In this document: one piece after another, positions 11,076 through 22,922 of the stretch
How positions within the stretch are numbered: the stretch's first letter is position 1
How the letters are laid out: the number at the start of each line of letters is the position of its first letter
From: Octopus bimaculoides
Taxonomy: Eukaryota
Length of the DNA stretch: 39,169 nt
Assembly (NCBI RefSeq): GCF_001194135.2
Contig: NC_068997.1
Location: 53,101,479 to 53,140,647 of the forward strand
Reading direction: 5' to 3'
Program-made: the position numbers and the translations under genes
The notes under the pieces: generated by a model
Databases searched by the model: none
Seen by the model: only the letters and a program-made list of their open reading frames with translations
What the model was told of the DNA's origin: nothing

Positions 11076-12813
11076 NNNNNNNNNNNNNNNNNNNNNNNNN
11101 NNNNNNNNNNNNNNNNNNNNNNNNNNNNNNNNNNNNNNNNNNNNNNNNNNNNNNNNNNNNNNNNNNNNNNNNNNNNNNNNNNNNNNNNNNNNNNNNNNNN
11201 NNNNNNNNNNNNNNNNNNNNNNNNNNNNNNNNNNNNNNNNNNNNNNNNNNNNNNNNNNNNNNNNNNNNNNNNNNNNNNNNNNNNNNNNNNNNNNNNNNNN
11301 NNNNNNNNNNNNNNNNNNNNNNNNNNNNNNNNNNTATATATATGTATGTACATGTGTACAAATATACATATACACACATACATACTCATATATGTATATA
11401 AATATAGATGCACACATATTTGCACGCACACACATACACACTCATACACATGCATATATATATATATATATATGCATATATAAATGTATACACACTAATA
11501 CACACGCATATATATATCTATCTATCTCTCTCTCTACATGATGTTGTTGTAATACATATGGAAGCCTGTTCTGGTGAAGTTAACGTGGAAGAACGTTTAG
11601 TTGTTTGTGTGCTAGTGGTGCCTGTGGTTGTTGTAGTCGGTGTGTCGGTCGTAGTATTATTACTTTGTGTGTTTTCTTTGTTCGAGTATTTAGTACACCT
11701 ATGCATACTCTTCTGTACGTATATGCATACATACATACATACATACATACACACACACGCGCACACTCACACACACTCACACACACACACACACATATAT
11801 ATATATGCCCATTTATACGCATGCACACATACACAGAGGCGTATCTGTGTATGTGTGTGTATGTTATGACCATGCACGTTTAAGATCGGATGTGTGCGCT
11901 TGTGTTTATGTGTGTGTGTGTGTGCGTGTGTGTGTGTGTAATGGTTGTGTTGGTTTTGAAGGTTGGTGGTTATGTTGGATGACAGTGTGGTGGTGGTGGT
12001 GGCGTTGTTGTTAGTGGTGGTGGTGGTGGNNNNNNNNNNNNNNNNNNNNNNNNNNNNNNNNNNNNNNNNNNNNNNNNNNNNNNNNNNNNNNNNNNNNNNN
12101 NNNNNNNNNNNNNNNNNNNNNNNNNNNNNNNNNNNNNNNNNNNNNNNNNNNNNNNNNNNNNNNNNNNNNNNNNNNNNNNNNNNNNNNNNNNNNNNNNNNN
12201 NNNNNNNNNNNNNNNNNNNNNNNNNNNNNNNNNNNNNNNNNNNNNNNNNNNNNNNNNNNNNNNNNNNNNNNNNNNNNNNNNNNNNNNNNNNNNNNNNNNN
12301 NNNNNNNNNNNNNNNNNNNNNNNNNNNNNNNNNNNNNNNNNNNNNNNNNNNNNNNNNNNNNNNNNNNNNNNNNNNNNNNNNNNNNNNNNNNNNNNNNNNN
12401 NNNNNNNNNNNNNNNNNNNNNNNNNNNNNNNNNNNNNNNNNNNNNNNNNNNNNNNNNNNNNNNNNNNNNNNNNNNNNNNNNNNNNNNNNNNNNNNNNNNN
12501 NNNNNNNNNNNNNNNNNNNNNNNNNNNNNNNNNNNNNNNNNNNNNNNNNNNNNNNNNNNNNNNNNNNNNNNNNNNNNNNNNNNNNNNNNNNNNNNNNNNN
12601 NNNNNNNNNNNNNNNNNNNNNNNNNNNNNNNNNNNNNNNNNNNNNNNNNNNNNNNNNNNNNNNNNNNNNNNNNNNNNNNNNNNNNNNNNNNNNNNNNNNN
12701 NNNNNNNNNNNNNNNNNNNNNNNNNNNNNNNNNNNNNNNNNNNNNNNNNNNNNNNNNNNNNNNNNNNNNNNNNNNNNNNNNNNNNNNNNNNNNNNNNNNN
12801 NNNNNNNNNNNNN

Positions 12814-12844
<31 letters not shown>

Positions 12845-13247
12845 GTATGTATTTATAAATATATATATATGTACATATATATTTACATAGAGACATATAT
12901 ACATACAAATTTATACATATATATGTATGTATATATATATACATATATACGTACATAAACACACACTTATGTATATACACATATATATGTATACGGTCAT
13001 GCATTGAGCACAAACGTATACATTCTTATAATATACGTGTAAGTACGTGTATTTATGTTCCCGCGCATGTGTGTGTGTGTGTGTGTGTATCTGTGTGTGT
13101 TTGTGTGTGTGTTTGTGTTTGTGTGTGTGTGTGTGTGTCTGCAATGGAATATGCATGCATGTATACATATATTCATATATTCATATATTCATACATATAC
13201 ACGTGCAAACACTCGTATAGACTGAGAGAATAAAATGAGAGGCAAAG

Positions 13248-13297
<50 letters not shown>

Positions 13298-13409
13298 GGC
13301 GATAAAGTGAGAGACAGAGGGAGGGAGAGAGTGAGAGAGAGAAAGAGATAGAGAAAACAATCTAATAGAAAATATAGGAATAACTATGACGATCAGGATA
13401 ATAAAAATA

Positions 13410-13424
13410 TTAATAATAATAATA

Positions 13425-13474
<50 letters not shown>

Positions 13475-13620
13475 CATCATCATCATCATCATCATCATTA
13501 TCATCATCATCATCATCATTGCGGTGGTGGTGGTGATGGTGATGCTGAAGATTGTTGATAATGATACTGATGATGATGTTGACGATGATGTCGACGATGT
13601 CGATGATGATGATGAAGAAG
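13410..13620. repeat. Compound (AAT)n-(GAT)n-(CAT)n trinucleotide array
   Basis: Direct reading; GAT to CAT switch at gatc 13472-13475. Confidence 0.95.
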
Positions 13621-13998
13621 GATGGAGAAGAGGAAGAAGTAAGATAATAATGTTTCCAACAAAAAAAAAAGTTTAAACAAACATATAAGCAACAAAGAAC
13701 ATACAAAATATATTGGTGTTGCTGTTGCTACTGTTGTACATGATGATGATGATGATGATGATGATGACTATGGTGATTATGACGAAAGTGAAAACTCTAG
13801 CTGATCGAACGTACATCAGAAAGAGTATATATATATTCATATTTACACACACACACACCACCTATATGGATTGACAGGTCTTCGACCTGTAACTAGTTTG
13901 GTAAGTGCCAACACACGAAAGTTTCGGACCTTGAGTCACTTTGTTACTTCTGCTAAATATCAATAAAAATATACAAACATACACACGCACACTTCTTA

Positions 13999-13999
<1 letters not shown>

Positions 14000-14046
<47 letters not shown>

Positions 14047-14047
14047 G

Positions 14048-14130
<83 letters not shown>
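14000..14130. repeat. (TCTA)n/(TCTG)n microsatellite at the LINE 3' terminus
   Basis: Direct reading; abuts the LINE tail at 14131-14135. Confidence 0.95.
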
Positions 14131-14134
14131 CGTT

Positions 14135-14720
14135 TCATCCATGCAGCTGTGGTCATGCTGGAGCACCACTATGATCCTTCTGACTTCCTCCGTCTGGGTG
14201 TTTCACATTACCACTTCTGTATGTGCCTTTTTACCAGCTGTTGGTACATTTGGTGTATAAGGGAGTTCGATTCCGTTGCCCACATCTGCACCTCAAGTCG
14301 AGCTGTTGCTATTGTAGAGAGGAGAATGTCTAATTCCTTTATGAAGACATCTACTTCCACCTTATATAGATTTCTTTAAATTATGTGGCAGGACATTAAA
14401 GAGCTGTGGGCCTTTGAACCTTAGTCTATTGCAGTACCTGGTCCTGAATTTAGATGGAATAGATGGTACCTTTGGCACAATACAATGGCGGCCAGTGCTG
14501 GCATTTGTATAAGACTCAGTGCCAAAGTTAGGTACCAGCACTCCTAGGATTTTCCATATGTATATCATTGCATGTCTCTCATTTCTTCGCTGAGCGATAG
14601 TAAAGTTGTAGGTTTCTCAACCTATCCCAGCAGCTCATCCGCCGAACTGTTAATCTTTTTAGCTTAGTATCGTAGGACTGCTTCGAGCTCCGCTGTTAGT
14701 TTGGCATTATGTAGCGACCA
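14135..14720 (-). mobile_element. 5'-truncated CR1/Jockey-group LINE: ORF2 C-terminus plus 3' UTR, with stops and frameshifts
   Basis: WSLHNAKLTAELEAVLRY*AKKI / MSCWDRLRNLQLY / QRRNERHAMIYIWKILGVLVPNFG...RLRFKGPQLFNVLP / VDVFIKELDILLS...SNSLIHQM match the post-RT region (WSP...LE.VQRR.TK; Y..RL..L.LYSL.RRR.R; GP.LFN.LP) of CR1-like LINEs. Confidence 0.9.
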
Positions 14721-14724
14721 TAAC

Positions 14725-14925
14725 TGTGTTTATCAACCCACCATCGCTTGACGAACAATGTTGGTGTGTTTAAGTCCCTGTAACTTAGCGGTTCGGCAAA
14801 AAGCTTGATAGAATAAGTACTACAGGAATAAGTCATGAGGCCGAATTTTTCGACTAAATCCCTTTAAGGCGGTGCTCCAGCATGGCTGCAGTCTAATGAT
14901 CGAAAGAAGTAAAAGAATAAAAGAA
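14725..14925 (+). mobile_element. Octopus-type SINE body and tail (GGTGCTCCAGCATGG family)
   Basis: cgcttgacgaacaatgttggtgtgttt...gtaacttagcggttcggcaaaa...gatagaataagtact...ggcggtgctccagcatggctgcagtc...aaaagaataaaagaat; related copies at 4353, 20888, 28093 and 32968. Confidence 0.9.
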
Positions 14926-15345
14926 TATATATATATATATATATATTTTGTACTATATATATATATATATACATCCGTATATAGACACACACACACACAC
15001 ATACAGACACGCATATACCCACACACTTTAGTGTATGCAGAAACTGAAATGGCATAAATTTTTGTACGTATTTTTGGTATTTGAAATGTGAGATCATTAA
15101 CGAGATTTTGTGTTAGTTTACTTAATTTTGGCGGGAAATGAAATGTATATGATAATGTTTTAGTAATAATGTCCACATGTGTGTGTGTGTGCGCGCATAA
15201 ATACACGCAGCCACTGCGAAGCACACATACACACATACACACCCTCACACACACACGCATACACACACACACGCATACACACACTCACTCACACACATGC
15301 ACTTACGCACACAATTACACATTTACACACACATGCATAAACGCC

Positions 15346-15389
<44 letters not shown>

Positions 15390-15407
15390 CCTATGTATAT
15401 ATGAATG

Positions 15408-15473
<66 letters not shown>

Positions 15474-15664
15474 AATGTATGTGTGTGTGTGTGTGAAAAC
15501 AGGTGATTGGAAAAATCTTTTGATATTATTTATTCACCGTTACGCGTATTTCATTGGTTAGCAGATGTTTACTACATTGTACGTGTAGGTGGACACAGCT
15601 TGGATTATAACTCGATCTACATTATATATATATACATTAGTGTTTTATAAGCTTAAAGCTTTAA

Positions 15665-15808
15665 AGCGATCATCGTGCAATGACTAAAGACAAGAGTTTA
15701 ATAATGGAGCATATAAGCCTTCGACGGAAAAAGTAGGTTTTCCGTCTTGGGTTTATTTATTTGCCTCATAATTAGACTATTTTGTTCGGTCATTGTATGG
15801 TTATCGCT
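15665..15808. mobile_element. Kolobok-like MITE with TTAA target duplication
   Basis: TTAA|AGCGATcatcgtgcaatgactaaa...ttcggtcattgtatggttATCGCT|TTAA; ~40-bp imperfect TIRs starting with AG. Confidence 0.65.
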
Positions 15809-15900
15809 TTAAGCGTATAAATTGCTATTATTATAATTTACAGAATTGTAAACATCGACGGTGCTAAACAAAAACCAACGCATATATATATATATATATA

Positions 15901-15960
15901 CAGGGGTTGGACAAAATAATAGTAACACTTTAAAATTTCAAACAAATTAATTTTCATATA
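15901..15960 (+). mobile_element. Solo Tc1-like terminal inverted repeat
   Basis: TA|caggggttggacaaaataatagtaacac resembles a Tc1-family terminus; no partner TIR found. Confidence 0.6.
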
Positions 15961-16009
15961 GGGTAGGAACATACAACCACATTAACATATGCAAAGATAG
16001 ACATGCACA

Positions 16010-16320
16010 TGGAGCGGGCCGTCACTCGTGTAAGAGTGTGTCTAGGTGACATGCACGATGATTTCGCTAAGTGTCTTAGTCGCGAGCAGATGTAGACGCC
16101 GTCTCGGTCTCTTCACGGTTCAGCAAGCGGTTGATTCCGTATGTGACAGCTAGAGGGTTGGATGTCTCTGCTGCTCAATCTCTGTAAAATACTCTGGAGC
16201 AACGTGAAAGAAGGCACCTTATTGGGGAAGACAACTCGAAGACAAGTTAAGGAATCGAACTGTTGACGTTATGAAGAGGAGTCGAACACCTCAACCATTA
16301 AATGACGACTTCTCGCAGGC
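16010..16320. other. GC-richer unclassified block, probably an interspersed repeat
   Basis: Sharp compositional shift between two DNA-transposon remnants; no convincing ORF; B-box-like GTTCGACTCC on - near 16280. Confidence 0.3.
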
Positions 16321-16341
16321 ACACATACATATACACAAGTA

Positions 16342-16582
16342 CAGTAGTCACTCACCATATCGCGGTCCATCTATCGCGGTTCACCTATCGCGGCTCACCT
16401 AACGCGGTTTATAATCCAAGCTTACGTCGATTCCTCCGTGGTGTTTTGCATTTATAAGAAAATATAAATTATAAAAGTAATAAAAAAAAAAATATACAGT
16501 ACAGTACTCTTTCTACTTCGCGGATTTTCAATTATCGCGGGGGATTTGGAACGTAACACCCGCGACACTCGAGGGGTTAATG
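16342..16582. mobile_element. Tigger/pogo-family MITE
   Basis: TA|cagtagtcactcaccatatcgcgg left end; ...ttggaacgtaacacccgcgacactcgaggggttaatg right end, a degenerate reverse complement of the left; internal tandem CACCTATCGCGGT units. Confidence 0.75.
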
Positions 16583-16799
16583 TTTATAGATTGGCATAAA
16601 ATGAAACATGTTTATAGACGAAAACGTTCATATAGACTTATGTCTTATTTACCCATCCATATAGATGTTGATTTGTATATAAATGTTTTGGTGTGTGTAT
16701 ATATGTACGTATGTATGTGTATACGTATGTACTTACATACACACATATACAACACAGACATACACAAACACACATGTGTGTATATACAAAATTATATAT

Positions 16800-17012
16800 T
16801 GATTTCAAATTTTGGCAGAAGGCCAGCAATTTCAGCAATGCGTTTAAGTCGATTACATCGACCCCAGTGTTCATCTGGTACTTATTTTATCGACTACGGA
16901 AGGACGGAAAGCAAAGTCGACTCAGACGAAATTTGATCTCAGAACGTTTAGACGGACGAAATACCGCTAAGCATTTCGACCGGCATGATTACGATCCTGC
17001 CAGCTCCTCACC
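16800..17012 (-). mobile_element. tRNA-headed octopus SINE (GAGCTGGCAG...GAGTTCAAATT family), near full length
   Basis: Reverse-complement match to 23169-23382 over head and core; distinct 3' tail. Confidence 0.9.
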
Positions 17013-17229
17013 CTATGTGAAATCAGTATATATTGATATACACACACACACATTTATTCACTCACACCAAACTTTTAAAAGCGCATCACCCCCACACGCA
17101 GGCACACACAAACACACACAAACACACACTCACACACACACAGACATACACGCATTAACCTCCTACATACAGGACAAGAATTTCACAGAGAAAGGTGGGT
17201 AAAAGCCGGAAATATAAATAAAGGTTAAA

Positions 17230-17400
17230 TGTTGTTGTTGTTGTCGTTGTTCAACCTGGGGTCAGCCATGATTCAGATGACGAACGGTGGAAAGCACTCC
17301 ATCTGTGCCTATCCATTCTAATTTCCAGAATGTTATTCGAAGACGATGCTATTATATCCAACGTATTCATTTTTATAATCTTGAGGAGGAATTCCAGGGA
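17230..17400 (-). mobile_element. Probable RTE-clade LINE extreme 3' end with (CAA)n tail
   Basis: Minus strand reads ...NILEIRMDRHRWSAF (RTE terminal DR..W motif) then ggctgaccccaggttgaacaacgacaacaac; related fragments near 32160 (+) and 35030 (-). Confidence 0.45.
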
Positions 17401-17514
17401 CATTTAACTACTAATTCTAACAAGGACATGGACCACGATGAAGGTTCTTCTATTGTAAGCTAAAGGAAAAGAAATATAAAAAAATGAGATAGGCGCAGAG
17501 AAGAGGAGAGAGTT

Positions 17515-17585
<71 letters not shown>

Positions 17586-18629
17586 NNNNNNNNNNNNNNN
17601 NNNNNNNNNNNNNNNNNNNNNNNNNNNNNNNNNNNNNNNNNNNNNNNNNNNNNNNNNNNNNNNNNNNNNNNNNNNNNNNNNNNNNNNNNNNNNNNNNNNN
17701 NNNNNNNNNNNNNNNNNNNNNNNNNNNNNNNNNNNNNNNNNNNNNNNNNNNNNNNNNNNNNNNNNNNNNNNNNNNNNNNNNNNNNNNNNNNNNNNNNNNN
17801 NNNNNNNNNNNNNNNNNNNNNNNNNNNNNNNNNNNNNNNNNNNNNNNNNNNNNNNNNNNNNNNNNNNNNNNNNNNNNNNNNNNNNNNNNNNNNNNNNNNN
17901 NNNNNNNNNNNNNNNNNNNNNNNNNNNNNNNNNNNNNNNNNNNNNNNNNNNNNNNNNNNNNNNNNNNNNNNNNNNNNNNNNNNNNNNNNNNNNNNNNNNN
18001 NNNNNNNNNNNNNNNNNNNNNNNNNNNNNCATACATACATATATATATATATAAACATATATATATACACACTCATATGTATATATATACATATATACGT
18101 ACATATCTATATACATATATATATATATATATACATACATACGCACACACACACATATATATATATACATACATATATATGTGTATATCTATCTACTATG
18201 TACATCTGTGTGTGTGTGTGTGTTTGTGTGTGTTTGGTGTATTTGCGTGTGTGACTATATATATATAAATGTAAATGTAAGTGAACCCCCGACCAATTCC
18301 AGATAGACCACCCAGCCCCGGATATATCTCCCCAAACAATAACTTTTCACTCGGATCGGCTCAAATGCGCCCAAAGTACGGTTGTAATACGAAACAACAT
18401 TAAATGTCTTTTTTCGGTGTTGCCATTAAGTTGGGCATCGGCTGCACCATTTCTGGCTGAAACTTACCCAGGGATCTAAGTACACACCGACACACAGACA
18501 GACAGACAGACAGACACACACACACACACACACACACATACACACACACACAAACACACAAAAACTATACACAAATACACAGTCACACACAAACATACAT
18601 ACACACATCTATAAATGCTCTTTATGTTA

Positions 18630-18722
18630 TGAATTCAAGTACTGCTGAGATCCACTTTCGTAGCCATGATGTTGGGATCGATAAAATAATCACCAGCTGA
18701 TGACAGGAGGCGATGTAATCGA
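18630..18722 (+). mobile_element. Degraded SINE core fragment
   Basis: gaattcaagtactgctgagatccacttt...gatcgataaaataatcaccag...cgatgtaatcga aligns to the core of 23169-23382. Confidence 0.65.
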
Positions 18723-19246
18723 TATATGTATATATATATATATATATATANNNNNNNNNNNNNNNNNNNNNNNNNNNNNNNNNNNNNNNNNNNNNNNNNN
18801 NNNNNNNNNNNNNNNNNNNNNNNNNNNNNNNNNNNNNNNNNNNNNNNNNNNNNNNNNNNNNNNNNNNNNNNNNNNNNNNNNNNNNNNNNNNNNNNNNNNN
18901 NNNNNNNNNNNNNNNNNNNNNNNNNNNNNNNNNNNNNNNNNNNNNNNNNNNNNNNNNNNNNNNNNNNNNNNNNNNNNNNNNNNNNNNNNNNNNNNNNNNN
19001 NNNNNNNNNNNNNNNNNNNNNNNNNNNNNNNNNNNNNNNNNNNNNNNNNNNNNNNNNNNNNNNNNNNNNNNNNNNNNNNNNNNNNNNNNNNNNNNNNNNN
19101 NNNNNNNNNNNNNNNNNNNNNNNNNNNNNNNNNNNNNNNNNNNNNNNNNNNNNNNNNNNNTATATATATATATGCATATATACATACGTATATGTACATA
19201 CTTACATCTATACGTATATATATATACATATGTATATGCATATATG

Positions 19247-19450
19247 GGCACGGGACGTCACGAAACGTGTACAACAAAAATACGAAGTATGAGTACATGG
19301 AATATGAACTATTTGTTCAAACAACGAAAGACACAAGCGGAAAACAAGACAAACAACATAAACGACCCTTCATCAGTTGTTGGCTGATTTTCTAGTTTCG
19401 TATTTCGAACATTTAATAACAATATACGCTTTCGATAAAACAGTTGCTCT
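19247..19450. mobile_element. Octopus interspersed repeat fragment (Penelope-like assignment tentative)
   Basis: ggcacgggacgtcacgaaacgtgtacaac...aacgacccttcatcagttg recognised as a recurrent octopus repeat; single copy here; class not provable from the window. Confidence 0.4.
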
Positions 19451-19477
19451 CTATGTCTCTGTTAGTCTGTCTGTCTG

Positions 19478-19554
<77 letters not shown>

Positions 19555-19563
19555 ATCTATCTT

Positions 19564-19594
<31 letters not shown>

Positions 19595-19599
19595 GTCTG

Positions 19600-19640
<41 letters not shown>

Positions 19641-20244
19641 TTACTCTCTGTGGATCGTTCTATCTAGAATTTTATATTTATCTATGTATACTATCTATAA
19701 TTATACAGGCAAACTCACACAAACACAAGCAGATGTGCGTGCGTGTGTTTGTGTGTGTTTGTGTGTGTGTGTGTGTGTGTCTGTGTGTATGAATGTGTAT
19801 GTAAGTATAGTGCACTCGGTAAGACTACCTCAAAGACACAGTGAACTCGGTACATTGTTGGAGTAACATTTTTACTGGGAGTACTGGAAAGTTCAATGAC
19901 TCACACATTCAGAGACATTGAACTTTTCTCTAACCCCACCGTTACACACACACACACACCCGCACACACACACACACACGCATACATACATATAAACATA
20001 TATATATATAAATCAAAATATATCTATTTTTACATACACGCACACACACATATACAAATACATACATGTAGATGTATGTGTGTTTTTGTGTGTATATGTA
20101 TATATACATATATTTATTTATATTTACGTACATATAAATATTTATGCAAATATGTGTACATCTATCTGCCTGTCTAACTCTCTATATACGCATAGATATA
20201 TGCATATATATCCGCATATCTATCTATATCCATATCTATATCTA

Positions 20245-20298
<54 letters not shown>

Positions 20299-20422
20299 GC
20301 TATCTATCTATCTATCTATCTATCCCTCTCTATCTCTGTCTCTCTGTATCTCTCTCTCTCTATCTCTCTCTCTCTTTATATATATATGTGTGCGTGTCTG
20401 TGCGTGTATATATATGTATATG

Positions 20423-20453
<31 letters not shown>

Positions 20454-20511
20454 GGATATATATATGTATAAATATATATGTAAACGCATCTATTTATCAT
20501 GTGTTACCTCA

Positions 20512-20542
<31 letters not shown>

Positions 20543-20887
20543 CATCCACACCCACACACATAGAGCATTCACTCGGAACGCATGTGTGCATATATGTCTT
20601 GTGTTTTTTAGGTTTCCCTGTAGAAACTGACAAGACTGCCAACTTACGCGGTAGATTTAAATCATATCCTCAATGTTAAAATTTGTCCCTTAACTCGCAT
20701 CTGAGTATTGCTCCTATCGAGGTGGTTTGGAAGAATTTGGCGTTTCCAGCCTTATTTTTAAGTCAGCCATTTTGCATACACGTCCTATTAACTAAATTCT
20801 GAATATACTTCCAAATTATCTGTCTGATGCTCTATATTTAATAAGGGATTATCATGAGGAGTATACATTTTTATGGATATAAAATTT

Positions 20888-21068
20888 ATTATTCTTTTAC
20901 ATTTTTACTTGTTTGAGGTATTGGACTGCGGCCATGCTGGAGTTCTTCCTGCAAGTTTTTAGTTGATCTAATCGTCCTTTGTTTATATTTTATGCATGTT
21001 ACATAGTATATCGTACTCATCTGTCGAACCTCTAAGACTATCAACAATTTTTAAGCAGTGAGGGAGTG
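20888..21068 (-). mobile_element. Octopus-type SINE (GGTGCTCCAGCATGG family), diverged
   Basis: ttattcttttac...ggactgcggccatgctggag...gtcgaacctctaag is the reverse complement of the family at 14725. Confidence 0.8.
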
Positions 21069-21089
21069 AACACAAAGAAATACACACAC

Positions 21090-21130
<41 letters not shown>

Positions 21131-22559
21131 NNNNNNNNNNNNNNNNNNNNNNNNNNNNNNNNNNNNNNNNNNNNNNNNNNNNNNNNNNNNNNNNNNNNNN
21201 NNNNNNNNNNNNNNNNNNNNNNNNNNNNNNNNNNNNNNNNNNNNNNNNNNNNNNNNNNNNNNNNNNNNNNNNNNNNNNNNNNNNNNNNNNNNNNNNNNNN
21301 NNNNNNNNNNNNNNNNNNNNNNNNNNNNNNNNNNNNNNNNNNNNNNNNNNNNNNNNNNNNNNNNNNNNNNNNNNNNNNNNNNNNNNNNNNNNNNNNNNNN
21401 NNNNNNNNNNNNNNNNNNNNNNNNNNNNNNNNNNNNNNNNNNNNNNNNNNNNNNNNNNNNNNNNNNNNNNNNNNNNNNNNNNNNNNNNNNNNNNNNNNNN
21501 NNNNNNNNNNNNNNNNNNNNNNNNNNNNNNNNNNNNNNNNNNNNNNNNNNNNNNNNNNNNNNNNNNNNNNNNNNNNNNNNNNNNNNNNNNNNNNNNNNNN
21601 NNNNNNNNNNNNNNNNNNNNNNNNNNNNNNNNNNNNNNNNNNNNNNNNNNNNNNNNNNNNNNNNNNNNNNNNNNNNNNNNNNNNNNNNNNNNNNNNNNNN
21701 NNNNNNNNNNNNNNNNNNNNNNNNNNNNNNNNNNNNNNNNNNNNNNNNNNNNNNNNNNNNNNNNNNNNNNNNNNNNNNNNNNNNNNNNNNNNNNNNNNNN
21801 NNNNNNNNNNNNNNNNNNNNNNNNNNNNNNNNNNNNNNNNNNNNNNNNNNNNNNNNNNNNNNNNNNNNNNNNNNNNNNNNNNNNNNNNNNNNNNNNNNNN
21901 NNNNNNNNNNNNNNNNNNNNNNNNNNNNNNNNNNNNNNNNNNNNNNNNNNNNNNNNNNNNNNNNNNNNNNNNNNNNNNNNNNNNNNNNNNNNNNNNNNNN
22001 NNNNNNNNNNNNNNNNNNNNNTTATACTTTACGGAAATATTTGTTTAATGCTAAATACCAATAAAGTATAAAAACAAATATATATTACTTATGATTAAGA
22101 GTAGAAAAAGAAAAAAAAAATAATCATTCAAGAACGTTTAAAATCTTTGTAACGAGTTAAAGAAAAACAGTTTAATATAAATATTCTGTGCACCTTCGTT
22201 CTTCTCCGATTTTAAACTCAAAATTCTACAGCCGCCATGATGCATCAAAACTGATTATCTCCCTTACAATAACTAACCGCCAAAGCACACTTCTTGTTAT
22301 TTATACGTCTGTCAAACAAAAAAGTTTATAAATTCATGGAACTTTTGAGAATGTAAAACAATTATTTTGGTGAATCTGTTCCATTGTTGATCTCAAATCT
22401 AGGTGATTGTTTAATGGGTAACATGACAATTGTTTGTGGCGCGGCCATTTTGTTTAATCTTAGCTGGACCAAAATATGTTACTCTTAAAAAAATATGTCA
22501 CATCATTCCCAAAGTCTTTGTAGCGAACCCTCATATGTTTAGTAATGTTGAGGGCAGTT

Positions 22560-22670
22560 GTAAATCAATTAAATCGATACCAGTACACAACTGGTATTAT
22601 GTTATCGATCCTGAAACGATGACAAACATTTTGATCGGCGCTGCAGCGGTTTTGCCAGTTCGTCGCCTTA
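22560..22670 (-). mobile_element. Degraded SINE with an internal deletion
   Basis: aatcgataccagtacacaactggta...ttatcgatcctgaaacgatga...ttgccagttcgtcgcc matches the head and core of the 23169 family. Confidence 0.7.
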
Positions 22671-22739
22671 ATCATAATAAATTTAGTACAGCTGCCAAAA
22701 AAAATCCCACAAAAAACAAAAACAAAAACAAAAGAAAGA

Positions 22740-22860
22740 ATATAAACCCAGTGTTATTAAGAACAGCTAAGATACTTAGGAGGGTTTTTAGAATCTAAGG
22801 TTACTTGCTGTAGCCAGATGTTAGGTAGACTTCTTTTCCAACATTCTAAGCTGTTGTGTG

Positions 22861-22862
<2 letters not shown>
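22740..22862 (+). mobile_element. R4/Dong-like RLE retroelement 3' end running into (TAA)n
   Basis: NINPVLLRTAKILRRVFRI* resembles the R4-clade terminal motif QK..LLGTA.ILR.VL; a short UTR then a long (TAA)n run from 22862. Confidence 0.6.

Positions 22863-22922
<60 letters not shown>

Noticed and set aside
11550-11700. Thr-rich mucin-like frame on - (NTTTDTPTTTTTGTTSTQTT)
   Set aside because: Best explained as decayed (CAA/ACN)n sequence; weak splice sites. The same applies to 33904-34130.
15126-15138. E2F-like TTTTGGCGGGAAA, and TTTCGCGCC near 38355
   Set aside because: Isolated motifs with no CpG-island or gene-start context.
20648-20790. Strong minus-strand donor (CGC|gtaagt) with an upstream aaaATGGCTGAC start
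   Set aside because: All frames hit stops before the donor; at most a non-coding exon.
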